In this document: positions 47,313 through 57,105 of the stretch, piece by piece
Position numbering within the stretch: the stretch's first letter is position 1
Layout: the number at the start of each line of letters is the position of its first letter
NCBI GenBank assembly: GCA_964627035.1
Contig: CAZVKN010000016.1
Location: 5,615-69,614, forward strand
Direction of reading: 5' to 3'
Length of the DNA stretch: 64,000 nt
Origin: an uncultured bacterium
GTDB lineage: Bacteria; Electryoneota; AABM5-125-24; Hatepunaeales; Hatepunaeaceae
Position numbers and translations under genes: made by a program
The notes under the pieces: generated by a model
What the model saw: the letters and a program-made list of their open reading frames with translations, nothing else
Told to the model about the DNA's origin: nothing
Database searches by the model: none

Positions 47313-48830
47313 TTATTCGCTAAAGTACCTGTCGTATGCCGGTTCACTGAGGTCTATTTTGTCAAACTCTTCCTGAGTTAGCTGCGACCTACCCTCCTGA
47401 TGTGATTCGAACAGTGTCCGATAACTGTATTCGATCTGTCTTGAGACGGCTGCGTCGCTCTGTTCAGCATCAATTTGCTCTGATACTCCCACCGCTTCCG
47501 TTGCAGTTTCCGACTCACTCACTGCTGCAGCAGGATCTTCCTCAATAGCAATCAAATCACCCTGCTGAGGCTGTAAGTCATCCCATTCAACACGCGAATC
47601 CTCACCGTGAATTCCAGACGGTTCAGGATCAGTCACTGAAACCACTTGCAGCGTCGGTTCTGTGAATTGAGTATGCGGCTGTGGCTCCGGCTCAATTACC
47701 ACCAATTCAGGTTCAACCACTTCTACAGTTTCAACCTCAGGATTTTCCGCTTGAGTACCGTCACCGTTTCCTGAAGGCGATTCTGTCGCGAGATCAGTTT
47801 CATGAAGTTCAATCTCAAGCTGTGTTTCATCAGGTGATTCACCGTTGTAGCCCAGACCGGTTGCTATGACAGTCACGACAATCTCGTCGCCGACATTCTT
47901 GTCAATTGCAGTACCGAAAATAACATCAGCAGCACCTCCGGCTTCCTGTTGAATGACTTCACCGGCACGTTTCAGCTCTCTCATCTTCTCGCCCGGAGGA
48001 TAGGTCACACCGAGTAACACCTTTTTAGCCCCTGCCATTGACACATGCTCGACCAAGGGACAATCAATCGCACGCTGAGCGGCAACGGCACCTCTATTCT
48101 CTCCGCTCGCCCGACCGATTCCCAATACAGCTCTTCCACCGCCACGCATGACCGTGCGGACATCGTTCAAGTCAGCGTTGATCTGACCCGGGACAGAGAT
48201 CAAACCGGAGATGCCTCGCGTCGCCTCAGCAACTACGTTGTCCGCCAACAGCCAGGTCTCCTCAACTGTCAAATCATCGTCATCGTTGAGGAGTTTCTCG
48301 TTCGGTATCACAACCAATGTGTCAACGAACTGTGACAGCTCCTCGATACCTCTCTCAGCCACAGCCATGCGGTTCGCACCTTCAAAGATAAACGGCTTTG
48401 TGACGATTGCGACGATCAAAATATCCTTATTGACCTTTCGTGCAATCTGTGCTATGACAGGACCGGCACCGGTTCCTGTCCCGCCACCCATACCGATTGT
48501 GAGAAACAGAAGTTCTGTATCAACAAGTAGTTGTTCTATCTCCTTGACACTTTGTTCCGCAGATTTTCGCCCTACCTGCGAATCCGCACCTGCTCCGCGA
48601 CCGCTTTCACCCAACTGGATCTTGATGGGTGCAAGATTTACATGGAGAGCCTGTTTGTCCGTATTAAGTACAACAAACTCGACTCCGGAAACTCCCGATT
48701 CAATCATACGGGTGACAGTGTTACCTCCGCCACCTCCGATACCAAAAACCTGCATATACGCACCGACATCTGCCTTTTCCTCGACAATCGGTTCAGGTTC
48801 CCGGTAAAAACTAACTGCAATAGATGACAT
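47313..48830 (-). CDS. ftsZ: Cell division protein FtsZ with long acidic linker
   Basis: GGGGGN, NTDKQAL, GGGTGTG, PFIFEG, VTVIATG. Confidence 0.96.
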   Translation of the reverse strand: MSSIAVSFYREPEPIVEEKADVGAYMQVFGIGGGGGNTVTRMIESGVSGVEFVVLNTDKQALHVNLAPIKIQLGESGRGAGADSQVGRKSAEQSVKEIEQLLVDTELLFLTIGMGGGTGTGAGPVIAQIARKVNKDILIVAIVTKPFIFEGANRMAVAERGIEELSQFVDTLVVIPNEKLLNDDDDLTVEETWLLADNVVAEATRGISGLISVPGQINADLNDVRTVMRGGGRAVLGIGRASGENRGAVAAQRAIDCPLVEHVSMAGAKKVLLGVTYPPGEKMRELKRAGEVIQQEAGGAADVIFGTAIDKNVGDEIVVTVIATGLGYNGESPDETQLEIELHETDLATESPSGNGDGTQAENPEVETVEVVEPELVVIEPEPQPHTQFTEPTLQVVSVTDPEPSGIHGEDSRVEWDDLQPQQGDLIAIEEDPAAAVSESETATEAVGVSEQIDAEQSDAAVSRQIEYSYRTLFESHQEGRSQLTQEEFDKIDLSEPAYDRYFSE

Positions 48831-48891
48831 TGCTTACCCTCTCCTTTTCTACTATGTATTTGAACGTTTTATTTTAATTGCAATTCTATAT

Positions 48892-50148
48892 CTACATCTT
48901 TTTCTTAACCCATTTCTTCACACCCCCGAACAGACCCTTAACACCGCTTGGCTTCTCACCCTGCATATCACTCTCAGCAGCAATCATCTCCGCCTCCGAC
49001 TCAAGACCATAGAGAACCAAACCTATGCAATTAGCCCATGACGGGTTGTTTACTCCGTTGGAAATCCCCTCAATACCGTGCGGGTAGCCGATGCGTGCAT
49101 CACATCCGAAAATTTCCTCAGCCAGTGACTCCAAATCACCGAGTTGCGAACCACCGCCGGTGAGTACTAACCCACCTGAGAGCATTTTCTCCATTCCCGC
49201 CTCACTGATTTCCTTCAAGACCAGCTTCCTGAGAATCTCATCCATCCGTGCGAATATTATCTTGTTCAACTTATCGGGGTCAATCATTTTCTGCTGACCG
49301 GTGACCTTTACGGGTATCGCATCCGGCTCTATCGGAGGTGTGACACTCCCGTAATCTTTTTTCAGCTTCTCAGCATTGTATGATGACAGCCCGAGTTTTC
49401 TCGTCATATCACGTGTAATGTGCTGGGCACCCCACTTAAATGACTTAGTAAATCGAAGTGAGTCTTCATAAAACAGAGCCACATTTGTCGTCCCTGAACC
49501 CAGCTCAATCAAAGCTACACCAAGCTCTCGCTCATCATCTGTCAAAGTCGAATAACCGGCAGCAAACGGTGAAAACACCAACTCCTTTACGCTCACATTG
49601 GCAAGCTGCAGCGCATTGACCAGATTCTGTATTTCATTGACCCCGGCGGTGATTATCTGAACCTCAGATTCCAGTCTCAAACCGGATGAGCCGACAGGAT
49701 TCAGATCAATCGCTTTCTCGTCATCAACCTTAAACTCCTGTGGCAGTATGTGAAGAATTCTGCTATCTGATAGCATGATCCGGCTTTTGGCATTCTCAAG
49801 CACACGATTAACATCTGCCGGTGTGATACGTGGTGTGATTTCCGCATCTCTTCCTCTGGAAACGGCAACAATGCCGTTACTTCTTACTGATTTCACATGC
49901 TCGCCGGATATGCTCACGTAGGCATCCTGTATCTTAACACCCGCCATCAATTCCGCTTCACTGATTGCGGCTCTCAACGCTTCTGCAGTTCCGTCAATAT
50001 TCCTGACAACGCCGTCACGAATTCCTTCTGAATCAGCCTGTCCGACTCCGAGCAGTCTGGCCTTTTGCCAGTCGAGCACCTCAACGATAATTACGTTTAT
50101 CGTATCGCTCCCGCAATCAATACCTACAATGAATCTTCTGTTTAACAT
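48892..50148 (-). CDS. ftsA: Cell division protein FtsA
   Basis: GIDCGS, HILPQEF, DERELGV, VLTGGGS. Confidence 0.95.
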   Translation of the reverse strand: MLNRRFIVGIDCGSDTINVIIVEVLDWQKARLLGVGQADSEGIRDGVVRNIDGTAEALRAAISEAELMAGVKIQDAYVSISGEHVKSVRSNGIVAVSRGRDAEITPRITPADVNRVLENAKSRIMLSDSRILHILPQEFKVDDEKAIDLNPVGSSGLRLESEVQIITAGVNEIQNLVNALQLANVSVKELVFSPFAAGYSTLTDDERELGVALIELGSGTTNVALFYEDSLRFTKSFKWGAQHITRDMTRKLGLSSYNAEKLKKDYGSVTPPIEPDAIPVKVTGQQKMIDPDKLNKIIFARMDEILRKLVLKEISEAGMEKMLSGGLVLTGGGSQLGDLESLAEEIFGCDARIGYPHGIEGISNGVNNPSWANCIGLVLYGLESEAEMIAAESDMQGEKPSGVKGLFGGVKKWVKKKM

Positions 50149-50192
50149 TTCCTTATCCTCCTACTCAGCTTTGAAAACTGTATTAATTCGAT

Positions 50193-51098
50193 TTATAATT
50201 CCGTTCCGGTTATGATCATGTCAGGAAAACGGAGATCAACATACTTAAGATCAGCCGTTAGAAATTGACTTTGCTGTGTTAGAAAGCATTCCAGTTTTTC
50301 CCATGTCGCTTGGTCATACACACTGTCAACCTTCAGCTTCGCGCCGCAATGTCTGATCCGAATATTGTATCCATCAGAACTTTTCTCAATCTCACTTATC
50401 CGGTTGTACATGAATCTGTAATTGTCATGCAGCCAGTTGAGAATGGACAGCGCATCGGTATCTTCTATTTGATTCTCTGATGTCAATCTGTTTCCTGTCA
50501 GCAGAGGCAGGTCAACTACTTCCACATTATCTATCAGAGGAAACAGAACTCCTTCCCCATCCGTCAACATTACCTTTTCATCAACAATAAGCGCTATCGG
50601 ATGTCTCTCTTCAACCACGATTTTCAGTTTGCCCGGCAATCTGGTGATAACACGTGACTGCCTGACCGATGGATGCAGATTCACACGTGCAGCGATGCTA
50701 TCCTTACTCAACTTTATCAGATTCGCACCGATATTAACGCTTGCTATGTTAATCACTTCCTGCTCATTCAGTCTCTCAAGCCCAATCACCTCGATCCGAT
50801 CCAACCTGCTCCAGATTGTTCCCGCAAGTAAGTTCAAGAAACCTCCCCACAAGAGAGACAGAAGCCAAACGGTGAAAGCTGCTCCGGTGACCAATGAAAC
50901 AATCCAAATGATGATCTTAGATCGAACAATAATCTTTGCCTTTGAATTGTCATTTGAGCCGGTTGTGTAGTTTCCCTGTGCTATGGTCGAAGCTAAGCTC
51001 CTCGCTGAGGAATGTTTTGCCCTTCGCTTCCAATGTTTGTCCTGCCGGTTCAGGTCCTGAGGAATTCGATGAATCATTGTACCGGTCTTACCGCTCAT
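50193..51098 (-). CDS. ftsQ: Cell division protein FtsQ/DivIB
   Basis: Single TM helix, POTRA-like domain, YVDLRF; dcw position. Confidence 0.88.
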   Translation of the reverse strand: MSGKTGTMIHRIPQDLNRQDKHWKRRAKHSSARSLASTIAQGNYTTGSNDNSKAKIIVRSKIIIWIVSLVTGAAFTVWLLSLLWGGFLNLLAGTIWSRLDRIEVIGLERLNEQEVINIASVNIGANLIKLSKDSIAARVNLHPSVRQSRVITRLPGKLKIVVEERHPIALIVDEKVMLTDGEGVLFPLIDNVEVVDLPLLTGNRLTSENQIEDTDALSILNWLHDNYRFMYNRISEIEKSSDGYNIRIRHCGAKLKVDSVYDQATWEKLECFLTQQSQFLTADLKYVDLRFPDMIITGTEL

Positions 51099-52074
51099 AC
51101 CATCCCTCCGGGAATCCGACTGCTTTGACCTCCATTTCCAGTTCTATGTCGTGTCTTTCGTGCACCAACTGCTTCAGTTTAATGATTAGTGCCGCAATAT
51201 CACCCGCTGAGCCTCCTTCATCATTTACAATGATATTAGCATGATCCGGAGAAACCCGAACTTTTCCGACACGCATTCCCTTGCCACCCAAGGACTCAAT
51301 GAGTTTTGCTGCAAAGTGATCCGACGGATTCTTGAACACACTCCCGGCTGACGGCAGCACCATAACATTTCTCCTATGCCGCTCTGCTATGGTGTCCTCC
51401 ATCGCTCTGATCGCTTCGTCGGGTGAGCGATGTGGAAGCTTAAAACGAGCTTTCAGTACAATTTTATTGCGTAATGCCGACGCACTTCTATAATCGAAAC
51501 CGACTTCATTCTTTGATAAATTGCTCATCTCTCCATCATAGTCCATCACATCAATATCAATCAGATAATCCGAAATAGACGCGCGGAATGCTCCGGCATT
51601 CATAACCAATGCACCCCCAACGCCACCAGATATACCTGCAAGTTTATCCCAATTCCCGCCCAATCCTGATTCAGCTGCGAACTTCACAGCATCATTCAGA
51701 CAGACAGCAGAGCCAACTGTCAACATATCGTCGTCCACCTCCAAAGTTGCGCAACACTTCTTAAGATCAATAACGCACCCTTTGAAACCTTCATCACTGA
51801 CGAGGAGGTTAGTACCAAATCCAATGATGAATACCTGAATCGAATTTGCAATACAGAACTTCAAAGTTGCCGACAATGCTGATTCATTCGTTGGATAGAC
51901 ATATAGCGAAGCCGGACCTCCTACCTTATATGACGTGTGCTTTGACAGTAGTTCATTTACAAGACAACGCACCTGAGCACTTGATCGAAGTTTTTGGGCT
52001 AATTCTTCCAGATTCTTATGATCTGTAAGATCTATCGTCTTGCTTTTTCTATATGTCGCTGCAACTGTCATCAC
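51088..52074 (-). CDS. murB: UDP-N-acetylmuramate dehydrogenase
   Basis: HTSYKVGG, GTNLL, MNAGA, SAGSVFKNP, HANIIVN. Confidence 0.95.
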   Translation of the reverse strand: MMTVAATYRKSKTIDLTDHKNLEELAQKLRSSAQVRCLVNELLSKHTSYKVGGPASLYVYPTNESALSATLKFCIANSIQVFIIGFGTNLLVSDEGFKGCVIDLKKCCATLEVDDDMLTVGSAVCLNDAVKFAAESGLGGNWDKLAGISGGVGGALVMNAGAFRASISDYLIDIDVMDYDGEMSNLSKNEVGFDYRSASALRNKIVLKARFKLPHRSPDEAIRAMEDTIAERHRRNVMVLPSAGSVFKNPSDHFAAKLIESLGGKGMRVGKVRVSPDHANIIVNDEGGSAGDIAALIIKLKQLVHERHDIELEMEVKAVGFPEGWYER

Positions 52075-52077
52075 AAC

Positions 52078-53466
52078 TCACATTGATTGTAATTTTGCTT
52101 TAACCTTTTCAACCAAGCTGTTGATTTCACCTGCACCCATTATCAATACCATATCCCCCGGTTGTAATAATTCATCCAGGTGGTCAACAACATCACCTCT
52201 CTTGGAAAAATAAAACGCTTGCTTATGACCTAAGCTTCTCGCAGCATCACTTATCAACTGACCTGTCACATTCTCTATCGGTTTCTCACGTGCATGGAAT
52301 ATCGGCAGTGCAACGGCGACATCGGCAGTTAGAAGTACACGACCGAATTCTTTCGCCAAAACCTGAGTTCGGCTGAACAGATGAGGCTGAAACAGTGCCA
52401 CTATACGACGATTCCACCCCGATTTTGCCGCTGACAGTGTAGCAGCAATTTCCGAAGGGTGATGGGCGAAATCGGACACCAACAGATAATCGTTGAACGT
52501 TCCTACTATCTCGAATCTACGATGGACACCTTCAAACCGTTCAAGCCCATTCCGAATCGCCTTGAAGTCAATTCCCAATTCATATCCAACAGCAACTGCT
52601 GCCAGAGCGTTCAACACATTATGTTTCCCCGGAAGAGGTAGGTTTATCTTACCTAATTGAATACCGTGTGCCTCCACCGTAAACTGCGAATTGCCGGATT
52701 TATACTCAATATCTGTCGCTCTGATTTCCGCCTGTGGCAGCAGTCCATAGGTCACCATCGGTCGCTGAACCTGTGACAGTATCGGATTGAGAGATGGCTC
52801 ATCAAGACAGAGTATGACTCTCCCATAAAAGGGAACTGAATCTGCGAAATTGATGAACGCCTTTTCAAGCTCTGCGTAACTGTTGTTGTAGCATTCCAGA
52901 TGGTCGTTATCAATATTTGTAATCACAACCATTGCCGGGCTGAGGCTGAGAAAAGACTGATCGTACTCATCAGCTTCTGTGACGATAAAATCACCTTTCC
53001 CCGAATAGACACCTCCGGAATAGTGCTTCAGCTTACCTCCGACAATCACAGAGGGATCAAGACCTCCTTCAATAAGCACTTCACCCACAAGCGAGGTTGT
53101 GCTCGTTTTTCCGTGAGTCCCCGATATTGCAATCCCGGCTTTGACTCTCATCAGCTCCGCAAGCATCTCCGCTCTACGGATGACCGGGATATTTCTTTTG
53201 CGAGCTGCAGCTATCTCGACATGATCTTGTGAAACGGCACTCGAATAGACCACCACCTCAGCATCACTGACATAATTCGCATCATGTCCGATGTAGATAG
53301 TCGCGCCAAGTTTTCTCAAACGTGTGACAATCGCACCTGAATTCAGATCACTGCCGGTTATTTGAAATCCAATGCTCAACAGGAACTCAGCGATTCCGCT
53401 CATCCCGGATCCTCCGATTCCGATCATGTGCAGCCGCTTAAACCTTTCTAAGAGAATATCTATCAT
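52078..53466 (-). CDS. murC: UDP-N-acetylmuramate-L-alanine ligase
   Basis: GIGGSGMS, GTHGKTST, EADEYD, FQPH. Confidence 0.96.
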   Translation of the reverse strand: MIDILLERFKRLHMIGIGGSGMSGIAEFLLSIGFQITGSDLNSGAIVTRLRKLGATIYIGHDANYVSDAEVVVYSSAVSQDHVEIAAARKRNIPVIRRAEMLAELMRVKAGIAISGTHGKTSTTSLVGEVLIEGGLDPSVIVGGKLKHYSGGVYSGKGDFIVTEADEYDQSFLSLSPAMVVITNIDNDHLECYNNSYAELEKAFINFADSVPFYGRVILCLDEPSLNPILSQVQRPMVTYGLLPQAEIRATDIEYKSGNSQFTVEAHGIQLGKINLPLPGKHNVLNALAAVAVGYELGIDFKAIRNGLERFEGVHRRFEIVGTFNDYLLVSDFAHHPSEIAATLSAAKSGWNRRIVALFQPHLFSRTQVLAKEFGRVLLTADVAVALPIFHAREKPIENVTGQLISDAARSLGHKQAFYFSKRGDVVDHLDELLQPGDMVLIMGAGEINSLVEKVKAKLQSM

Positions 53467-54557
53467 CTTATCAGTGTCAATATATCGGTGACTATTTCTT
53501 GCGCAGCATCTTCCTTTGCAAGCCTCTTCATATTCCCACTCATACTTTCCAGTTGATTCTTGTCAGACATCTTCTCAATAGCTTCGGTTAATGATTCTAC
53601 ATTCAAATCTTTATTCAGCAGCAGCATTGCCCCGCCAGCTTGTTCGACCGAATGAGCATTTGCTTCCTGATGACCTTCTGCTGAATAAGGGAACGGTATC
53701 AGAATAGCCGGCAGCCCTATCATGGCTAATTCAGTCAGTGTCATCGCACCGCATCTCGATACGACAAAATCAGCGGATCCATATGCAAAACTCATCTCTC
53801 GACTGTTAAAAAAACGCTCGATGATTATCCTCTTCTCTAATTGGTCAGGAACTTTCGTTGATCCATCCCAATGTTTACCGGTCTGCCAGATGAGGTTATA
53901 ACCCTCTTCCATTAGATCGTCTTTTATTTCGTTAATAACCTTGTCTATTGACAGTGCTCCCCCACTACCACCCGTAACGAAAATTGTCAATCTTCCGGGA
54001 TCAAGTTCAAATTGACTGTCCGATTGCGTTTCAGAAGCAGGTCTGAAGTTCGTTGGATTTCCCGTGACTAAAAATCTATCCGCTGTGGCTTTAAGATGCT
54101 TCTGCGCATCCTTGAAGCCGAGATATATCCGCTTAGCATCTGATGCCATAAGCCTCGTCACCAATCCCGGATAGCTGTTCTGATCCTGCAACACGACAGG
54201 TCGTCGGATAATTCTTGCAGCCATGCAAGCCGGGAAAGCGGCAAATCCTCCTGTCCCTATCACCATCCGTACACGATATTTCAACAAATAGATAATCGCC
54301 TGAATAATTGACACCGGAATCATAAAGAGCAGTCTCATATTTTTCAGAGCCCTTCCACGGATAAGGGATGCTATCCATACCGGATGGAACTCATATCCGT
54401 GTTCGGCTGCCAATCTTTGCTCCAGACTGTCATAGCCGCCTATGTAATGAACATCAATATCACTGTTTTGCCGTTTAATCTCATCTGCGATTGCAATCGC
54501 CGGTGTGGCGTGACCACCCGTACCACCACCGGTAACAACCACGCACTTAGCACTCAT
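53463..54557 (-). CDS. murG: MurG glycosyltransferase
   Basis: GGGTGGH, GGSGGA, HQEANA. Confidence 0.95.
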   Translation of the reverse strand: MSAKCVVVTGGGTGGHATPAIAIADEIKRQNSDIDVHYIGGYDSLEQRLAAEHGYEFHPVWIASLIRGRALKNMRLLFMIPVSIIQAIIYLLKYRVRMVIGTGGFAAFPACMAARIIRRPVVLQDQNSYPGLVTRLMASDAKRIYLGFKDAQKHLKATADRFLVTGNPTNFRPASETQSDSQFELDPGRLTIFVTGGSGGALSIDKVINEIKDDLMEEGYNLIWQTGKHWDGSTKVPDQLEKRIIIERFFNSREMSFAYGSADFVVSRCGAMTLTELAMIGLPAILIPFPYSAEGHQEANAHSVEQAGGAMLLLNKDLNVESLTEAIEKMSDKNQLESMSGNMKRLAKEDAAQEIVTDILTLIR

Positions 54558-55762
54558 TTTGCGAGATAGTGTGACTTGGTCATCGGCACATAAGTTTTCT
54601 CAACCTTGTCATCAGTTATCTTTAAATTGTCAATCGTTTTTCGACGTGACATATTCCACAGCACTCCAACACTCCACATTGTTACCACCAATGAGGATCC
54701 GCCAGAACTGATCATGGGGAGCGGCAGCCCCGTCAACGGAACGACCCCGATCGTTACACTCATATGTATTAAAGCATACAGGATGACTGAACCGCTCAAA
54801 CCGCTGCACAGCAGAAATGAGAACTTGTCTGTCTGAAGTTGACATATCTTGTATAAGCGATAAAACAGGTACAAAAAGCCGAATAACAGCAGCAGCACAC
54901 CCCATAGTCCAAGTTCTTCTCCGACTACTGAATAGATGAAATCTGTATGCGGTTCGGGCAGGAACAGCATTTTTTGCTTCCCGTCTCCCAAGCCCACTCC
55001 GAAAATGCCGCCGCGACCAAACCCTATCAGTGACTGCTTCAGATGGTAGCTTCTCTCTCCAGCCAGCCACATCTGTATAAATTCAATTAATCTCTGCCGC
55101 TGATAGCTGTTAGCCATAATGAGCAGGGTTGTACCTCCGACCGCTGTCACAGCCAAGCCCATCAAATACCTGTATTTGATCCCACTAAGATAGAACACTA
55201 AACCGGCGATCATCACCATCATTGCCGCACTTGATAGATCCGGTTGAAGGGCTGTCAACACAACAGGAATTGCCAACACCCCGATAACAACGAAGAAGTA
55301 TCTGTCAAGCTTCCTAATGACGTTCGGGAATTCTGTCACGGTTCGAGCGAGAAGCACTATTATTAGACATCTCGCTATCTCAGATGTCTGTACACTAAAC
55401 GGTCCGATCACCAGCCATCTATGAGTGTTGTTGATCGTCGGACCCAAAAATAGCTGCACAAAGAGGATCAAAGAAATGATAGCTATCCCGATATTCGCCC
55501 AACGATAATAACGACGAATGTCTATCACCATCCCGACGATCAAAGCAATAACAGCTACACCAAGATGTCTCGCCTGCTTAAATAGAATTGACAGATCTGA
55601 TCCATGCTTGTCCGCAACAAGCCAGCTTGCGCTGTAAACCATTACCAGACCGAACAGGGTCAAGAACATCGCAGTTATCAATAGCCACTGATCTCCCCGA
55701 TGCCCGAATCCATCCGAGCGATTCGCATAACCGTATGTTGGAATAGTCGCTCTCTGGATCAT
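54554..55762 (-). CDS. ftsW: Cell division SEDS protein FtsW
   Basis: MVYSAS, QPD, PEPHTDFI, SSGGSS; dcw position. Confidence 0.93.
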   Translation of the reverse strand: MIQRATIPTYGYANRSDGFGHRGDQWLLITAMFLTLFGLVMVYSASWLVADKHGSDLSILFKQARHLGVAVIALIVGMVIDIRRYYRWANIGIAIISLILFVQLFLGPTINNTHRWLVIGPFSVQTSEIARCLIIVLLARTVTEFPNVIRKLDRYFFVVIGVLAIPVVLTALQPDLSSAAMMVMIAGLVFYLSGIKYRYLMGLAVTAVGGTTLLIMANSYQRQRLIEFIQMWLAGERSYHLKQSLIGFGRGGIFGVGLGDGKQKMLFLPEPHTDFIYSVVGEELGLWGVLLLLFGFLYLFYRLYKICQLQTDKFSFLLCSGLSGSVILYALIHMSVTIGVVPLTGLPLPMISSGGSSLVVTMWSVGVLWNMSRRKTIDNLKITDDKVEKTYVPMTKSHYLAK

Positions 55763-57105
55763 GACAACTCCATTACCGCTTTTTTAAACAAGTCACCTCT
55801 CTGTTCAAAATTGTTGAACATATCAAAACTTGCACACAGCGGTGCCAGCAGCACACTATCCCCGGATGAAGCAAGTTCGTTTGCGATGTCAACGGCATAT
55901 TCCATATCAGATGCATGATGAATAGTGGTAAAATCTCCTAGATCTGCCTCAATCTCCTCAGCAGATTCCCCAATCAAAATCATCTCTTTAACAGATTGAG
56001 CTACATCTACTTTGATGTCACCGAATCCGCCGCCCTTCGATTCACCTCCGGCAATCAACACAATTGAATCACCCACAGATTCCAAAGCCCACTTTCCAGA
56101 ATCTACGTTTGTGCATTTTGAATCGTTTATCCAGTTGACACCGTTCAGCTCACGCACGAATTCGAGCCTATGTGGTAAGCCGTTAAAATCTTCCAATCCT
56201 TCACAAATAACATCCGGGGCAATATCCATGTATATAGCTGCAGTGATAGCAGCGAGAGCATTGGCGCTGTTGTGTCTTCCGGGTAGTTTCAACAGATCGC
56301 GTCGGAATCGAAATTCATCAGCCTGTGGCAACCTGAATACCATCTCATCACCCTCAAGAAATGCCCCTTGCGGAAGTTCCCTGCTGATGGAAAAGAGCAA
56401 CTCCAACACATTCGCCCGATCAATCAGCGACACGACATTCTCGTCATCCGCAAAGTAAACGACAGGATCATCCGCATCGAAGTTCAACCATAGCCTTGCT
56501 TTTGCCTGCTTGTAATTTTCAAATCCCTGATGCCATGAAAGGTGGTCAGGCGTTATGTTTAGCAGCAGTGCGATTTCCGGTCGAAACTGATCAATGGTCG
56601 CTAACTGGTATGACGAGACTTCGACTGCTAGCAAAGTTTCGTTGGATGTCAATTCTACAACCGATGTCAGCGGTGTACCGATATTACCACAGGTAAACGA
56701 AGGCTGACCTGTCTTTTCAAATATATTGCCCAACAGCGCAGTAGTAGTGCTCTTGCCGTTCGACCCGGAGATCGCCGCCAGCCGTCCCCGACAGAAGCGA
56801 TACCCTAACTCAAGTTCACCGATGATCGGTACCGATAGCTTCATACAGTTCTGAATCACTTCCGAGTGTGGTGAAATCCCCGGGCTTACAACCACAAGGT
56901 CGAACTGCAGTTTCATCGCTTCGTCATGTCCACCGATGAATGTGGTCGCCCCTAACTGTTGAAGCTCCTTTTGCGCTCCCCGCAATTCTCTGCTGTTTGC
57001 GCTCTCACTGACTATCACATTCCAGTCTTTAGAAAGCATTAGCTTAGCAGCAGAGATTCCACTTTCTTTCATGCCGAGAATATGTACTGTTTTAGGTTCC
57101 ATCAT
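55759..57105 (-). CDS. murD: UDP-N-acetylmuramoyl-L-alanine-D-glutamate ligase
   Basis: SPGI, GSNGKSTT, EVSSYQL, NDSK, CASFD. Confidence 0.96.
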   Translation of the reverse strand: MMEPKTVHILGMKESGISAAKLMLSKDWNVIVSESANSRELRGAQKELQQLGATTFIGGHDEAMKLQFDLVVVSPGISPHSEVIQNCMKLSVPIIGELELGYRFCRGRLAAISGSNGKSTTTALLGNIFEKTGQPSFTCGNIGTPLTSVVELTSNETLLAVEVSSYQLATIDQFRPEIALLLNITPDHLSWHQGFENYKQAKARLWLNFDADDPVVYFADDENVVSLIDRANVLELLFSISRELPQGAFLEGDEMVFRLPQADEFRFRRDLLKLPGRHNSANALAAITAAIYMDIAPDVICEGLEDFNGLPHRLEFVRELNGVNWINDSKCTNVDSGKWALESVGDSIVLIAGGESKGGGFGDIKVDVAQSVKEMILIGESAEEIEADLGDFTTIHHASDMEYAVDIANELASSGDSVLLAPLCASFDMFNNFEQRGDLFKKAVMELS

